DNA from: an uncultured Veillonellaceae bacterium
Lineage (GTDB): Bacteria > Bacillota > Negativicutes > JARBTT01
DNA: 64,000 nucleotides
Direction of reading: 5' to 3'
Assembly: GCA_963805085.1 (NCBI GenBank)
Contig: CAWDTA010000002.1
Span: forward strand, 1,536,001 to 1,600,000
Position 1 is the stretch's first letter. Every line of letters begins with the position of its first letter. Shown piece after piece: positions 11,407 through 21,760 of the stretch. Under the pieces are notes generated by a model. That model had not been told where the DNA came from and ran no database searches. It saw only the letters and a list, made by a program, of their open reading frames with translations. Both the position numbers and the translations under genes were made by a program.

Positions 11407-11455
11407 GTAAATATAATAAGGATATTATATTTATACTATAGCAGGAGGAATTTTC

Positions 11456-13429
11456 ATGTCTGAAAATCAAAGTCAGTCCAGTCAAACCCCAACTTCCACA
11501 CCCATGTCCCCGCATAAAGAGTATCAAGAAATCAATACATACGTTGTGTTTTGGGGATTATTCTATGCGGCAATATTTGCCTTGGCAATAGGCTATCTTT
11601 GTCTGAAAATAGGCCAGACGGTTGATGCTTTTGCTCCTGTTTCTGCAATGGCGATAGGCATGGCAGTCATGCTGAAACGAAAAAACGCTTTTCCAGAAAA
11701 TGTCCATATTCAGGCGATTGCCAGTGCGGGTACCAATGGTATCGGCGGTGCTATGTTTATTTTGCCGGCCTTTTACATTCTAGGAAACAACAGCCTTGGT
11801 TATTTTCAGCTGGCAGTACCAATTATTCTAGGCAGTCTTCTTGGCGTTTTGATTGCTGCTATCTTCCGGCGTTATTTTTGTGAGGAGATGGCGGATGCTT
11901 ATCCGTTTCCGGCTGGTCGGGCCGCTGCCGAAGTTCTAACCTCTGGCGAGGGCAATAAAGTCAAGCTCATGCTAGGAAGTGGCATTGTTGCCCTTATTTA
12001 TGATTTTATCCTCAACAGCTTTGGATGGTGGCAGGAAATCATTTCAAGCAACGCTTTCAGCTGGGGCCAGCAACTAGCTGATAAGGCGAAATTGTCCTTC
12101 AAATTGGATAGCGAGACGGCGCTGCTAGGAATTGGGTACTTCACTGGTCTGCGTTATGCCGCTATTATCAACGCAGGTTCTTTCTTTTCTTGGTTTGTCT
12201 GCATTCCGGTTATTTATTACTTAGCTGGTGAACATCATATGGTAGTTGAGGGTAAAGATATTCTCTTAGCCAACGCTCCTTTAAATGCAGTATTTCGCGA
12301 GTATGTACGGCATATTGGAATTGGCATGCTGGCTATGGCAGGCATTATTGGGCTCTTAACTATGTCCAAAGCTGTATCAAACGTAGTAAAAAGCGCATTT
12401 GTCGGCATCTTCAAAAAATCTAGAATGACAAAGCAAAATTTACTGCGAACCCAGCAAGATATTTCGATGCCTGCCATTATTGCCGGCATAGTTGGTATCG
12501 TCTTGCTATTCACCTTGTTCTTCCATATTTATTTTTCTCAAAGTATAGTTCAAACCTTGTTGGCGATGATAATTATTTCGATATTTACAGTCCTATTTTC
12601 AATTGTAGGGATAAGTTCAATTGCCCTTACTAGCACCGAACCCGTCTCAGGAATGACTATTTTTATGCTTATCGTTTCGGCGGTAGTACTGGGCAATGCC
12701 GGAATGCACGGCGATATGGGCATTACTGCAATACTAATGATGGCGGCATTTCTTTGTACCGCTTTAGGGGTATCCGGGAACTTTATGTCAGAGCTTAAAG
12801 TAGCGCATCTCTTGGGGGCAACTCCCCGAAAGATGCAGCAATGGCAGATGGTTTCTCTTACCATGACTGCTGTGCTGTCAATTGGAGTCATTTTATTGCT
12901 TAACCAAGCGTATGGTTTTGTTGGGCAGGATGCTTTACCAGCACCACAAGCCAATGCAATGGCTGCTATTATCAAGCCTTTGATGGAGGGGCAAAGTGCT
13001 CATTGGATGTTATATTTAGCTGGAGGATTTTTTGCCATAATTCTCTGGATGGTAAAAGTTCCGCCTTTAGCTTTTGCCCTAGGTGCCTACCTGCCAATGG
13101 AGATTAATACGCCTTTATTGGTCGGAGGACTTATTTCATATTTTGTTTCTCATAGCAGTAAAGACAGTGTTTTAAATTCCTTGCGGCTGGGCAAAGGCCA
13201 AACAATTGCTTCTGGCTTCATAGCAGGCGGCGCTATTGGCAGTCTGCTTAGCGCCATATTACGCATAATGGGCTTTAACTACTTTCTAGAATCATGGGCC
13301 CAATCCCCAACTGCAGCATATCTTGGAGTTTTGTTCTATTTACTTCTTTGCGCTTTACTTTATAAAAAAGCGATCAGTGCTAAAATCTCTTCGAATAATC
13401 CAAACGCAGCAAAGTCATTAAGTAGTTGA
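11456..13429 (+). CDS. OPT family oligopeptide transporter
   Basis: YLCLKIG, EN..IQ.IASAG, YPFP.G.A.AEVL, LKVAHLLGATP..Q, LPAPQA motifs; many TM segments. Confidence 0.92.
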   Translation: MSENQSQSSQTPTSTPMSPHKEYQEINTYVVFWGLFYAAIFALAIGYLCLKIGQTVDAFAPVSAMAIGMAVMLKRKNAFPENVHIQAIASAGTNGIGGAMFILPAFYILGNNSLGYFQLAVPIILGSLLGVLIAAIFRRYFCEEMADAYPFPAGRAAAEVLTSGEGNKVKLMLGSGIVALIYDFILNSFGWWQEIISSNAFSWGQQLADKAKLSFKLDSETALLGIGYFTGLRYAAIINAGSFFSWFVCIPVIYYLAGEHHMVVEGKDILLANAPLNAVFREYVRHIGIGMLAMAGIIGLLTMSKAVSNVVKSAFVGIFKKSRMTKQNLLRTQQDISMPAIIAGIVGIVLLFTLFFHIYFSQSIVQTLLAMIIISIFTVLFSIVGISSIALTSTEPVSGMTIFMLIVSAVVLGNAGMHGDMGITAILMMAAFLCTALGVSGNFMSELKVAHLLGATPRKMQQWQMVSLTMTAVLSIGVILLLNQAYGFVGQDALPAPQANAMAAIIKPLMEGQSAHWMLYLAGGFFAIILWMVKVPPLAFALGAYLPMEINTPLLVGGLISYFVSHSSKDSVLNSLRLGKGQTIASGFIAGGAIGSLLSAILRIMGFNYFLESWAQSPTAAYLGVLFYLLLCALLYKKAISAKISSNNPNAAKSLSS

Positions 13430-13492
13430 CCAAGTTTTGAACATGCAAGAGTTAAAAATAAGAGCAGAAAAATCATTGCGATTTTTTTGCTC

Positions 13493-13855
13493 CTATTGTT
13501 GTTTTGCATCCCAAAATATAATATCAAGGGTTGCCTTAAGTTTTGCTTTATCTTCGGTGTTTAATGGGATGCCGTGCCAAAGAAGGTTTGGCTCATTAAA
13601 AATTTTGTCAAGATTGATAGATGGCTTTTCTTCGGAAAGAAGTGGCGGTGATGTTATGACATCACAACCTACTAAATAGTCTATGGTTACGTTGAAAAAA
13701 TTAGCAAGCTGTCGTATCGTTGCTAAATCTGGCTCGCGTTTATTTATTTCATATAAGGATAAGCGCGATCGAGAGATATTAGTTAATTGTGCTAATTCTT
13801 TTTGTGTTAATGATCTACGCTCGCGTAAATCCGATAGTCGTTCGCCAAGAGACAT
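13493..13855 (-). CDS. XRE-family HTH regulator (ImmR-like)
   Basis: LTQKELA...ISRS.LS.YE...REP....LA.FFNVTIDYL. Confidence 0.9.
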   Translation of the reverse strand: MSLGERLSDLRERRSLTQKELAQLTNISRSRLSLYEINKREPDLATIRQLANFFNVTIDYLVGCDVITSPPLLSEEKPSINLDKIFNEPNLLWHGIPLNTEDKAKLKATLDIIFWDAKQQ

Positions 13856-14157
13856 ATAATCAACTCCTGCACATAATTATATGTTACATTTAAAAGCATT
13901 TAAATAATTGCTTCTAAAAGTTGCAACGAATATTGACAGCTACAATATGAAGCAATATAATAAAACTATAGAACATTTATAGTGTAGCCTTAAAGTACAT
14001 CAATAATATTTGCCAAATTCCCTATTTTAAAACAAGCGTTTAATTTGATTTTTACAGAACATATAACGGTATCTATTTGAAAGAAAATGCGCCATGAGAA
14101 ACGGTGAAATTTATGGCTATAAAATATGAAAGCGGAAAAGTCAGAGGTGAATGAGGC

Positions 14158-14610
14158 ATGAATTTTGAAGAGCCCTTAAATGAGACTTTAGTAAATTTAG
14201 AGTTGCAAGCGAAGACGAAAGCGGAAGCAATAAGGGAATTGATAGAACTGCTTTATCAAGAGGGAAAAGTCAATGATCGTGATCAGTTTCTGCAGGATGT
14301 GTATGAGCGGGAAGCAGAGGGGCGGACGGGGATTGGTAATCGTGTGGTGATTCGGTATTGTAAGTCGGATGCGGTGTCAGTAACTTCGATTGTGATTGGG
14401 CGGAGCGAGTGGGGTGTAATATGGGGCTCCTTCGATGATAAGCTAGTTCGTATCGTGATCTTGTTTGCGATGAGTAACGAAGACAAGACGAAACTGCATT
14501 TGAGTCTGTCGGGGCAGATTACGAATGCTTTGGCGGATGAGCAGATACTGGAGCGATTGCTCTCAACCGTGGATAAAAAAGAAGTCATCTCGCTGTTAGC
14601 GGGAGACTAA
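14158..14610 (+). CDS. PTS EIIA (fructose/mannitol family) lacking the phospho-acceptor His
   Basis: RE..G.TGIG motif present, but the canonical AIPH reads VIRY. Confidence 0.8.
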   Translation: MNFEEPLNETLVNLELQAKTKAEAIRELIELLYQEGKVNDRDQFLQDVYEREAEGRTGIGNRVVIRYCKSDAVSVTSIVIGRSEWGVIWGSFDDKLVRIVILFAMSNEDKTKLHLSLSGQITNALADEQILERLLSTVDKKEVISLLAGD

Positions 14611-14630
14611 ATAAAGAGAGGAGGACGTAG

Positions 14631-14798
14631 ATGAAGACTGTAAGGAATGCGGCTTGTAGTGTGGAAAAAGGTGCATAGACGATAGAAAATGAAGCGCAGG
14701 TTGAAACGCGGGGGAAGAATTATATTGAAAATAAATTGACACAGGGGCAGATTGAATTGCTTCAAAAATTCGGGCGCCGTCCTTATATGAATAAATAA
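14631..14798 (+). pseudogene. Decayed PTS fructose-type EIIB remnant
   Basis: After a GGAGG RBS: MKTVRNAACSVEKGA*TIENEAQVETRGKNYIENKLTQGQIE..., resembling MK..AVTAC and VETQG..IEN.LT, with an internal TAG and truncation. Confidence 0.65.
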
Positions 14799-15132
14799 TA
14801 CTTTTTATTGTCTTCTGTAGTTAATGGGGGACATATTTTTTTGCAGATTAATTTTGCTTTTCTAATGGTAATATAGCACTGTCGATAGAAGGTAGCATCG
14901 ATCACGTGCAGAAAATGAGATAGTAAAAATAGGCAAGGATGGATATGTGAAGATATCCAGCTCTGCCTATTTCTATTTGTAGGATAAAAAATCTATTACA
15001 TTTGACCTATCTTTATGGAAATTTTCAAATTCAAAGAAATATCTAAGGTTAAAGTAGTTAAATATAGAAAGAGAAGGAAATATATCCAGTAAAAACAAAC
15101 TTAAATACAAGTATAGAAAGGGTTTTGCAACA

Positions 15133-15402
15133 ATGAAAAGTTTATCAAAAAAGATAGTTGCTATTGCTTTAGGTGGATTCTTCTTAATGAGTGTCGGTTC
15201 GACTGTTACAGAAGCTTCACCTTTCCCAGTAGATAACGCCCAACAAGTTCAATTCCATGATCGTGGTCAACGTCCAGATGATAATCCACCACCACCACCT
15301 CCTCCTCCAAGGAAGGAAAAAAGACATCATCATGATAGGGATAGAAATCGTGTTATTGTGGGAGGAGCGATGATAGGTGCCGCTATGAATAACGATTTTT
15401 AA
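15133..15402 (+). CDS. Small secreted Pro-rich protein, paralog 1
   Basis: Signal peptide ending TEA-SP, poly-Pro run, Gly-zipper-like tail. Confidence 0.75.
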   Translation: MKSLSKKIVAIALGGFFLMSVGSTVTEASPFPVDNAQQVQFHDRGQRPDDNPPPPPPPPRKEKRHHHDRDRNRVIVGGAMIGAAMNNDF

Positions 15403-15514
15403 AAAAATTTATTAAACAAAGAAAAATCCAAGATTAAAATAGTTATATATAGGTAAGGAAAGAAAATCATACCAGAATTAAAATCCTAAATATGATAGAA
15501 AGGACTTTGCTACA

Positions 15515-15760
15515 ATGAAAAGTTTATCAAAAAAGATAGTTGCCATAGCTTTAGGTGGATTTTTGTTAATGGGGATTGGTTCTACCGTTACAGAAGCTTC
15601 GCCAGCACATGGCCATAATGCTCCACAAGTTGAATACTATGATCATGGTGAACCACCACCACCTCCTCCACAAAGGGAAAAGGAACATCACAAGAAAAAT
15701 AATAATGGTGCTATTATTGCAGGGGCTATCATAGGCGCTGTTATTGCCAACAATTTATAA
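15515..15760 (+). CDS. Small secreted Pro-rich protein, paralog 2
   Basis: Near-identical signal peptide to 15133; poly-Pro run; GAIIAGAIIGAVIA tail. Confidence 0.75.
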   Translation: MKSLSKKIVAIALGGFLLMGIGSTVTEASPAHGHNAPQVEYYDHGEPPPPPPQREKEHHKKNNNGAIIAGAIIGAVIANNL

Positions 15761-15788
15761 AATTATTTTAAATAGGGAGGCATATTCT

Positions 15789-16457
15789 ATGAGTTTTTTA
15801 TCAAAGAAGAATTTACTTGTTTTATCAGCAGGCGCTGTGCTTTGCGCAGGAATAATGAATCCGTTTATTGCAAATGCATCGCCAGACGATGGTTTTGAAG
15901 ATGGGCCTAATCCTGCTTTTCGCGTTGGGCAGCAGCAAATTGAACCAGATAAAATAGCACAAAATTTTTCCGATATGTGCGGAGTTGACAAGAAAGAAGT
16001 AATCGCTTATATGAACGAAGGGGTTCGTTTCAAAGACATATCCATGGGGGCTTTTGTAGCGAAAGCGAGTGGGCAGTCCCTTAAAAAAGTCATGGATGTA
16101 AAGATGGAAAATCCTGATTGGAGAGGCGTTACCAAGGCTTTAGGTGTTTCGGAAGAAAAGATGAAAGAGACTCATAATGATATTGTATCTACGATGTTCG
16201 AAGATAACTTGGATATTCCAAAAGAAACATCCTTGTCTCTTATGCAAAAAGGATACCAGCCTCGCGATATCGCTATAGCAAATGCATTTGCGGGCGACAC
16301 TAAGAAATCGATCGCTGATGTGCTTGATATGAAAAAAGTTAATAATAGATGGGAAGATGTAGCGACTTCTCTTGGTATTAACGAAGAAACTTTTAGAAAA
16401 GATATGGATAGTCTTAAGAGTGCTATTTTTCAACATGGACAATTTTACAGAGAATAG
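15789..16457 (+). CDS. Secreted hypothetical protein with an internal two-fold repeat
   Basis: GGGAGG RBS before the ATG at 15789, signal peptide ANA-SP, repeated G...DI..A/G..S...V..MK....W..V...LG unit. Confidence 0.75.
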   Translation: MSFLSKKNLLVLSAGAVLCAGIMNPFIANASPDDGFEDGPNPAFRVGQQQIEPDKIAQNFSDMCGVDKKEVIAYMNEGVRFKDISMGAFVAKASGQSLKKVMDVKMENPDWRGVTKALGVSEEKMKETHNDIVSTMFEDNLDIPKETSLSLMQKGYQPRDIAIANAFAGDTKKSIADVLDMKKVNNRWEDVATSLGINEETFRKDMDSLKSAIFQHGQFYRE

Positions 16458-16545
16458 AGTTAAGAAAATATAATAATATTAGCTTTCTTTAAAAAGGATA
16501 TAAATGTAACTCCTACTGAATTTTTGTGGGGGTTACATTTTTTTT
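16417..16545. repeat. Diverged direct repeat, copy 1 (gene 3' end plus terminator)
   Basis: Matches 23030-23153, including TATAAATGTAACTCCTACTGAATTTT..GTGGG.GTTACATTTTT. Confidence 0.8.
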
Positions 16546-16702
16546 GTATAAAGAGAAGATAAATTAAGTTGTCAGGTGGATATCATGAAGTTGAGCGAAA
16601 GTGAACCATATATGATATCGAAATAAATTGTACTTATTGCATGCATTGAAAGATTCACGTACGGTTCCATGAGAGCATAGAAGCGAAATCTTTCGTTGCT
16701 AC

Positions 16703-16751
16703 TCGATTGAGAGGTCGGCTACGCACCATGGGTAGCCGACCTCTCAATCGA
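16703..16751. repeat. Perfect 20-bp inverted repeat
   Basis: TCGATTGAGAGGTCGGCTAC-9 nt-GTAGCCGACCTCTCAATCGA. Confidence 0.9.
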
Positions 16752-16923
16752 TATTGCTAACCTTGTTAAGAAAATACTATATAGAAATATTTTATCAAGT
16801 CCGGATAGAATATTTCTATTATTTCAATTGTAATAAATCATCTATAATGTTATTAAACCAAATATGTTCTCGCAATGGACAGTACTTAACATAATTGATT
16901 TTTGTTGCTGAAAGGAGCTATTC

Positions 16924-18270
16924 ATGGAAAAGTTTTTTGAAAAGGTTGATCAAAATTTAAACCGTATGGTGCAGGAGGTCATTGAAATTTGCCGACAGCC
17001 CAGTATTGCCGCCCAGAATATTGGCATGATTGAGACTGCTGACATGATTGTAGCAAAAATGAATTTGCTCGGTATAAAAACGCAGAAAATGCCTGTTGAG
17101 AATGGCAATCCCGTGATTTACGGAGAAATCACGGGAGCTTTTGATAAAACTGTGCTTTTTTATGATCATTATGATGTGCAGCCGCCGGAACCATTAGATC
17201 AATGGATTAGTCCTCCATTTGAACCGGAAATCAGGGACGGCAAAATTTTTGCTAGGGGCATTTCCGACAATAAAGGGCCTTTGTATACTCGCTTACATGC
17301 TATCGAAACGATTATGGAACTGACTAGTAGCTTACCGGTAAATGTAAAATTTCTAATTGAAGGTGAAGAGGAAATTGGCAGTCCGAATCTGGAGTCTTTC
17401 GTAAAAGCTCATAAAGAATTGCTAAAGGCGGACGTTTGTGTGTGGGAAAATGCACATAAAGCCGAAGATGACCATCCGGTAATCCGGCTTGGCAATAAAG
17501 GAATGCTTTATGTTGAATTGCGGGTTAAAGCAGCTAATACCGATTATCACTCACGTTTTGCGCCTATTATTCCTAACGCTGCCTGGCGGCTGATATGGGC
17601 CTTGGGGACGCTGAAAGATGTTAACGAAAACATTCTAATAAAAGGCTTTTATGATCATATACGACCGATTCCAGAAGAAGAGTATGATGTTTTGCGTGCT
17701 ATGGCTGGTCAGGAAGAGAAGATTAAAAAACGTGCCCAAATTAAAGAATTGCTGAATGGTGTAGAGGGAGTGGAATTTGCCAATAAATTTTTAAATGGAC
17801 CTACCTGTACGGTATGTGGAATTTCTTCAGGCTATACGGGAGAAGGAGCAAAAACGGTTTTACCCTGCTATGCAATGGCAAAATTAGATTTTCGCATGGT
17901 AGTGGGACAAGATCCACATGAAATTTTGACTTTGCTGCGAAAGCATTTGGATGAGCATGGATTTACTGATATTGAAATCTATCCTCATAGTACGACCAAA
18001 CCATCTAAGACACCTATCACAGATCCGGTAGTTAAGATTGCCAGGGAAGCCGGTCAACTGGTATATGATAAATCTTTTATTATTGAACCATGCGCCGCGG
18101 GGACAGGACCACGTTATGTATTCAGCGATTGGACGGATATGCCAATCATCGGTATTGGGCCAGGTTACCCTGGTGCTCTAAACCATGCTCCTAATGAAAA
18201 CTTAGTGATTAGAGACTATTGCCAGGCTGTTAAACATATTATTGCTTTTCTCTATAAAATGGCGGAGTAA
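16924..18270 (+). CDS. M20/M25/M40 metallohydrolase (ArgE/DapE/dipeptidase-like)
   Basis: HYDVQPP, ARG.SDNKG, EGEEEIGS, HAPNE. Confidence 0.92.
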   Translation: MEKFFEKVDQNLNRMVQEVIEICRQPSIAAQNIGMIETADMIVAKMNLLGIKTQKMPVENGNPVIYGEITGAFDKTVLFYDHYDVQPPEPLDQWISPPFEPEIRDGKIFARGISDNKGPLYTRLHAIETIMELTSSLPVNVKFLIEGEEEIGSPNLESFVKAHKELLKADVCVWENAHKAEDDHPVIRLGNKGMLYVELRVKAANTDYHSRFAPIIPNAAWRLIWALGTLKDVNENILIKGFYDHIRPIPEEEYDVLRAMAGQEEKIKKRAQIKELLNGVEGVEFANKFLNGPTCTVCGISSGYTGEGAKTVLPCYAMAKLDFRMVVGQDPHEILTLLRKHLDEHGFTDIEIYPHSTTKPSKTPITDPVVKIAREAGQLVYDKSFIIEPCAAGTGPRYVFSDWTDMPIIGIGPGYPGALNHAPNENLVIRDYCQAVKHIIAFLYKMAE

Positions 18271-18295
18271 TAGTTTCAGTTTGTATATAAACTGC

Positions 18296-19174
18296 TTAGA
18301 GTGAATGCGATGTCAGCTTGAGAGCTAAATCGACAAATGATTTTAGTTGTACCTGCTCTGTTGCTAGGGTTTTATAGATCATGATCGTTTTTCGTAAGAT
18401 GGGTTTACCATTTTCAAAGAGCAAAGGAGAAGAGAACAAAGAACTGGATTTTTGCAAATAAATTTTTGGAACAATGCCCCAGCCGAGCTCGTAAGAGACA
18501 AGCTGCATGCTGGCTTCGATTGAATTTACCCAAATCGGTGATGGCGGGGACGAGTTAAAATGATCTTGCCACCAAAGATAGAATTGTAGATCTGATTTTG
18601 TTGTTGCGGAGGCTTCATCTAAAATCCAAGGAATGCCAGGAAGTTGCTTAAGCTTAATTGGATGTGCATAGATTAAACACCAAGGCTCTTCCAGAATAAC
18701 ATGTTTTTCCCCGGGCCAATCTAAATCACCGCGCAGGATGGCAATATCAATTTCATCTCTTTCCACTAGGCTTGGCAGTACAAGTGTGCTGGAGCCGGTT
18801 TTTATAGAAATATTCACATGCGGGAAGCGTTTTTTGTATTCTTTTAACAGTGGTGCAAATTTAAATTTGGCAAACACAGTGGAAATTCCCAGCCTTAGAG
18901 TTCCTTCCAGTGGTTTTTCTGGTTGTTGAATAAAGTTTTTTTCTTTTTGCAGTTCCTGCAACATGTTTTCTGCATAACGTGTAAGGTGTTCTCCCTGTTC
19001 AGTGAGGAAAATTCCATTTGGATGCCGATCGAAAATTTTGGTGCCAAATTCCTTCTCAAGACACTGCAAGCGGTAGGTAAGAGCAGGTTGTGAGATATAA
19101 AGATCCTTCGCAGCCTTGGTTAAGCTTCCAGTTTTATGAATTGTTTTTAAGATGAGCCAATCCTTATCGTCCAT
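18296..19174 (-). CDS. LysR family regulator
   Basis: SLTKAAKDLYISQPALT HTH. Confidence 0.92.
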   Translation of the reverse strand: MDDKDWLILKTIHKTGSLTKAAKDLYISQPALTYRLQCLEKEFGTKIFDRHPNGIFLTEQGEHLTRYAENMLQELQKEKNFIQQPEKPLEGTLRLGISTVFAKFKFAPLLKEYKKRFPHVNISIKTGSSTLVLPSLVERDEIDIAILRGDLDWPGEKHVILEEPWCLIYAHPIKLKQLPGIPWILDEASATTKSDLQFYLWWQDHFNSSPPSPIWVNSIEASMQLVSYELGWGIVPKIYLQKSSSLFSSPLLFENGKPILRKTIMIYKTLATEQVQLKSFVDLALKLTSHSL

Positions 19175-19362
19175 TCTGATTCTCCTAAATTGAAATTTAT
19201 AGATAACAAGAGTTTAGACTGAAAACGTTACTTTAAAACGGAATGGCCAAACGCAGACCTTCGGGCAAATTGATTGTAGTATTGAGACCGATTATACTAC
19301 AATGCTCCTGCCCGATCAAGGTTGTTTTCCAAGAGTTTAGCTTCATAGGGGAGGTAAAGTTT

Positions 19363-20559
19363 ATGAAAAATACTAACAGTGCTAGGAAAAAGGAACAAAT
19401 GATTGAGACTATCGATAACTTGCAGGCTGAGTTGTTTGTCATCAGTGATTATATTTTTGAACACCCTGAACTAGGTTTTCAAGAAAAACAGGCATCTGAT
19501 CTATTGATCCAGTTTTTGGAAGAAAACGGTTTTGCCGTAGAAAGAGGCTACGGCGGCTTGTCTACGGCTTTTCGGGCTGTGTACAAACACGGGGAAGGTG
19601 GACCGCATATCGGTCTGTTATGTGAGTATGATGCCTTGAAAGAAATAGGACATGCGTGCGGTCATCATTTGCAGGGACCTTGCATTGCCGGAGCTGCCAT
19701 CGCGATCAAAAATATAGTAGCTGAATCTGATTATGTCTTGGAAGTTATCGGGACACCAGGTGAAGAATGTTCGAATGGCGGCAAAAACATTATGCTGGAA
19801 AATGGGGTTTTTAAAGATCTGGATGTGGCTCTGATGATGCATGCTTCTGATAGCACAACGACAGATATTCGTTCAATGGCTCGTGCTGAATTTGCCGTTA
19901 CCTTTAAAGGCATATCTGCTCATTCGGCGATTGCTCCCGAGAAGGGACGCAGTGCCTTAGAAGCTGTTATGCTGGTATTTAACGGACTGGGTTTCTTGCG
20001 CGGGCATGTGCGTGATGACACACGTATTCACGGCATCATTGCCGAAGGCGGCCAGATCAGCAATGTGATACCTGATAAGGCGATAGCTAATCTAGAAGTT
20101 CGTTCTTATGACAGTGTGTATCTTGATGGTGTGATTGAACGTGTTAAGCATATTCTGGATGGTGCAGCCTTAATGACAGATACGAGTTATGAAATTGAAA
20201 AACTGGGCGGCAGTCTTAGTAAAATTCCGGTTTTATCATTGAATCAGATGTTAATGATAAATGCTGAATATATACAAGCTTCCCAAATTACTCCGCCTAG
20301 GCAAAAAACTGGTTCCACCGATTTTGCTTCCGTGATGTTCCATGTACCGGGGTCCTGTATACGGGTAGGATTTATTGAAAAAGGAATTGCGGCTCATAGT
20401 CAGGCCTGGTTGAAAAAAGGCTTGTCGGAAGATGCACATCAGGCCTTGCTCAACGGAGCTAAAATTTTAGGATTAACCGTTTTGGATTTGATAGAAAATA
20501 AAGAAGCAATAGCCAAAATTAAGGATGAATTCCAAAAAGAAAAAGCTAAACTCGGTTAA
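19363..20559 (+). CDS. M20D amidohydrolase (AbgB/ACY1L2-like)
   Basis: HPELGFQE, EYDAL..IGHACGH, GTPGEE, GSTD; GGGGAGG RBS favours a start at 19363. Confidence 0.9.
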   Translation: MKNTNSARKKEQMIETIDNLQAELFVISDYIFEHPELGFQEKQASDLLIQFLEENGFAVERGYGGLSTAFRAVYKHGEGGPHIGLLCEYDALKEIGHACGHHLQGPCIAGAAIAIKNIVAESDYVLEVIGTPGEECSNGGKNIMLENGVFKDLDVALMMHASDSTTTDIRSMARAEFAVTFKGISAHSAIAPEKGRSALEAVMLVFNGLGFLRGHVRDDTRIHGIIAEGGQISNVIPDKAIANLEVRSYDSVYLDGVIERVKHILDGAALMTDTSYEIEKLGGSLSKIPVLSLNQMLMINAEYIQASQITPPRQKTGSTDFASVMFHVPGSCIRVGFIEKGIAAHSQAWLKKGLSEDAHQALLNGAKILGLTVLDLIENKEAIAKIKDEFQKEKAKLG

Positions 20560-20600
20560 ATCCAAATTACTAACTTAACACAAAAATTTGCGGAAGGGGA

Positions 20601-21269
20601 ATGAATATGGAACAGAAACAGAAGCAAGAAGTCCAGAAGGAAGATGATAACGGGAGGTTTTCTCTTGTGGGTGTTATTACACTCCTTTTAGCTGTCGTTA
20701 TTTTTTCCGGTTTAATGGCCAGCGGGAAAGGCTGGAGTACAGCCTTTGATTTTGTTACGCTAAGCGGAAAATTTGGGACCATGAAAGATGCCACCACAGC
20801 AACCTTTATGGGTGCTGGAGGCAGTGGAGCACGGGCCGGTTTTTTGCTGGCATTAAGTCTGGTTCCCGGTGTGATGCTTGCTATGGGGATTGTTTCTATT
20901 GTTGAACAAACCGGCGGTCTCAAAGTGGCACAAAAGCTTTTGACACCACTTCTGCGGCCATTGATGGGGCTGCCAGGCAATGTAAGCTTAGCTCTTATTT
21001 CCAGTTTGCAAAGCACAGATGCTGGTGCCGGTATGACCAAAGACTTATTTGATGAAGGTCTCATTACCGAAAAAGAACGTGCTATTTTTGTTCAGTTTCA
21101 GTTTACTGGTTGTGCTGTAATCAATAATTACCTAACTTTAGGCAGTATGGTATTTGCCAATATTTTGGTGCCGATTTCCGTACCCTTAGTCTTAGTTTTA
21201 GTTTTAAAATTTTTTGCCGCCAATGTTACAAGGTTTGTTATCAATAAGTTTTATACGGAGGAAGCATAA
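20601..21269 (+). CDS. YjiH-like nucleoside-recognition (Gate) membrane protein
   Basis: G.GA..GFL.AL...PGVMLA.G, LTPLLRPL.G.PG, SLQSTD. Confidence 0.85.
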   Translation: MNMEQKQKQEVQKEDDNGRFSLVGVITLLLAVVIFSGLMASGKGWSTAFDFVTLSGKFGTMKDATTATFMGAGGSGARAGFLLALSLVPGVMLAMGIVSIVEQTGGLKVAQKLLTPLLRPLMGLPGNVSLALISSLQSTDAGAGMTKDLFDEGLITEKERAIFVQFQFTGCAVINNYLTLGSMVFANILVPISVPLVLVLVLKFFAANVTRFVINKFYTEEA

Positions 21270-21272
21270 AGC

Positions 21273-21734
21273 ATGAAAAAAAAGAATATCATTGAAATGT
21301 TTGTGGAAGGGGCTCGCAAAGGCTGGAGTATTGCTATCAACGGGTTAATGCCCAATGTTATTCTTGCGTTTGCCCTTATGAAAATATTGGAAGTAACAGG
21401 TGCTATGGCGTTTATTGGAAATGTTTTCGCACCAGTCATGGGGGTTTTTGGGCTGCCGGGTCAAGCGATTATGGTGAGTGTGACTGCTTTAATGTCGCAG
21501 GGCGGTGCGGTAGGCGTGCTGGCCAGTTTATTAACTGATGGGGGTGTTGATGCCAAACAAGCTACTATTTTGCTTCCAGCTATTTTTGCCAGCGGCGGCC
21601 AGTTGCAGAATCTAGGTCGTGTATTAGGAACATCAGGTGTTCAGACCAAATATTACGGACTTATATTCGGGATGTCCATTATAAACGGTATTATTGCTTT
21701 GACTATGATGAGCTTTGTTGTAAAAACACTATGA
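21273..21734 (+). CDS. YjiG-like (SpmB family) membrane protein
   Basis: FVEGARKGW.IA....PNV, F.PVM.VFGLPG.A. Confidence 0.85.
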   Translation: MKKKNIIEMFVEGARKGWSIAINGLMPNVILAFALMKILEVTGAMAFIGNVFAPVMGVFGLPGQAIMVSVTALMSQGGAVGVLASLLTDGGVDAKQATILLPAIFASGGQLQNLGRVLGTSGVQTKYYGLIFGMSIINGIIALTMMSFVVKTL

Positions 21735-21760
21735 GATGCTTTTTAAGAGGGGGATAAAAT

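Noticed and set aside
14676-14678. In-frame TAG as pyrrolysine/readthrough in the EIIB remnant
   Set aside because: The surrounding sequence is also deleted and truncated, consistent with decay.
19243-19362. N-terminal extension of the M20 amidohydrolase
   Set aside because: A strong RBS precedes the ATG at 19363, and the extension overlaps the divergent promoter region.
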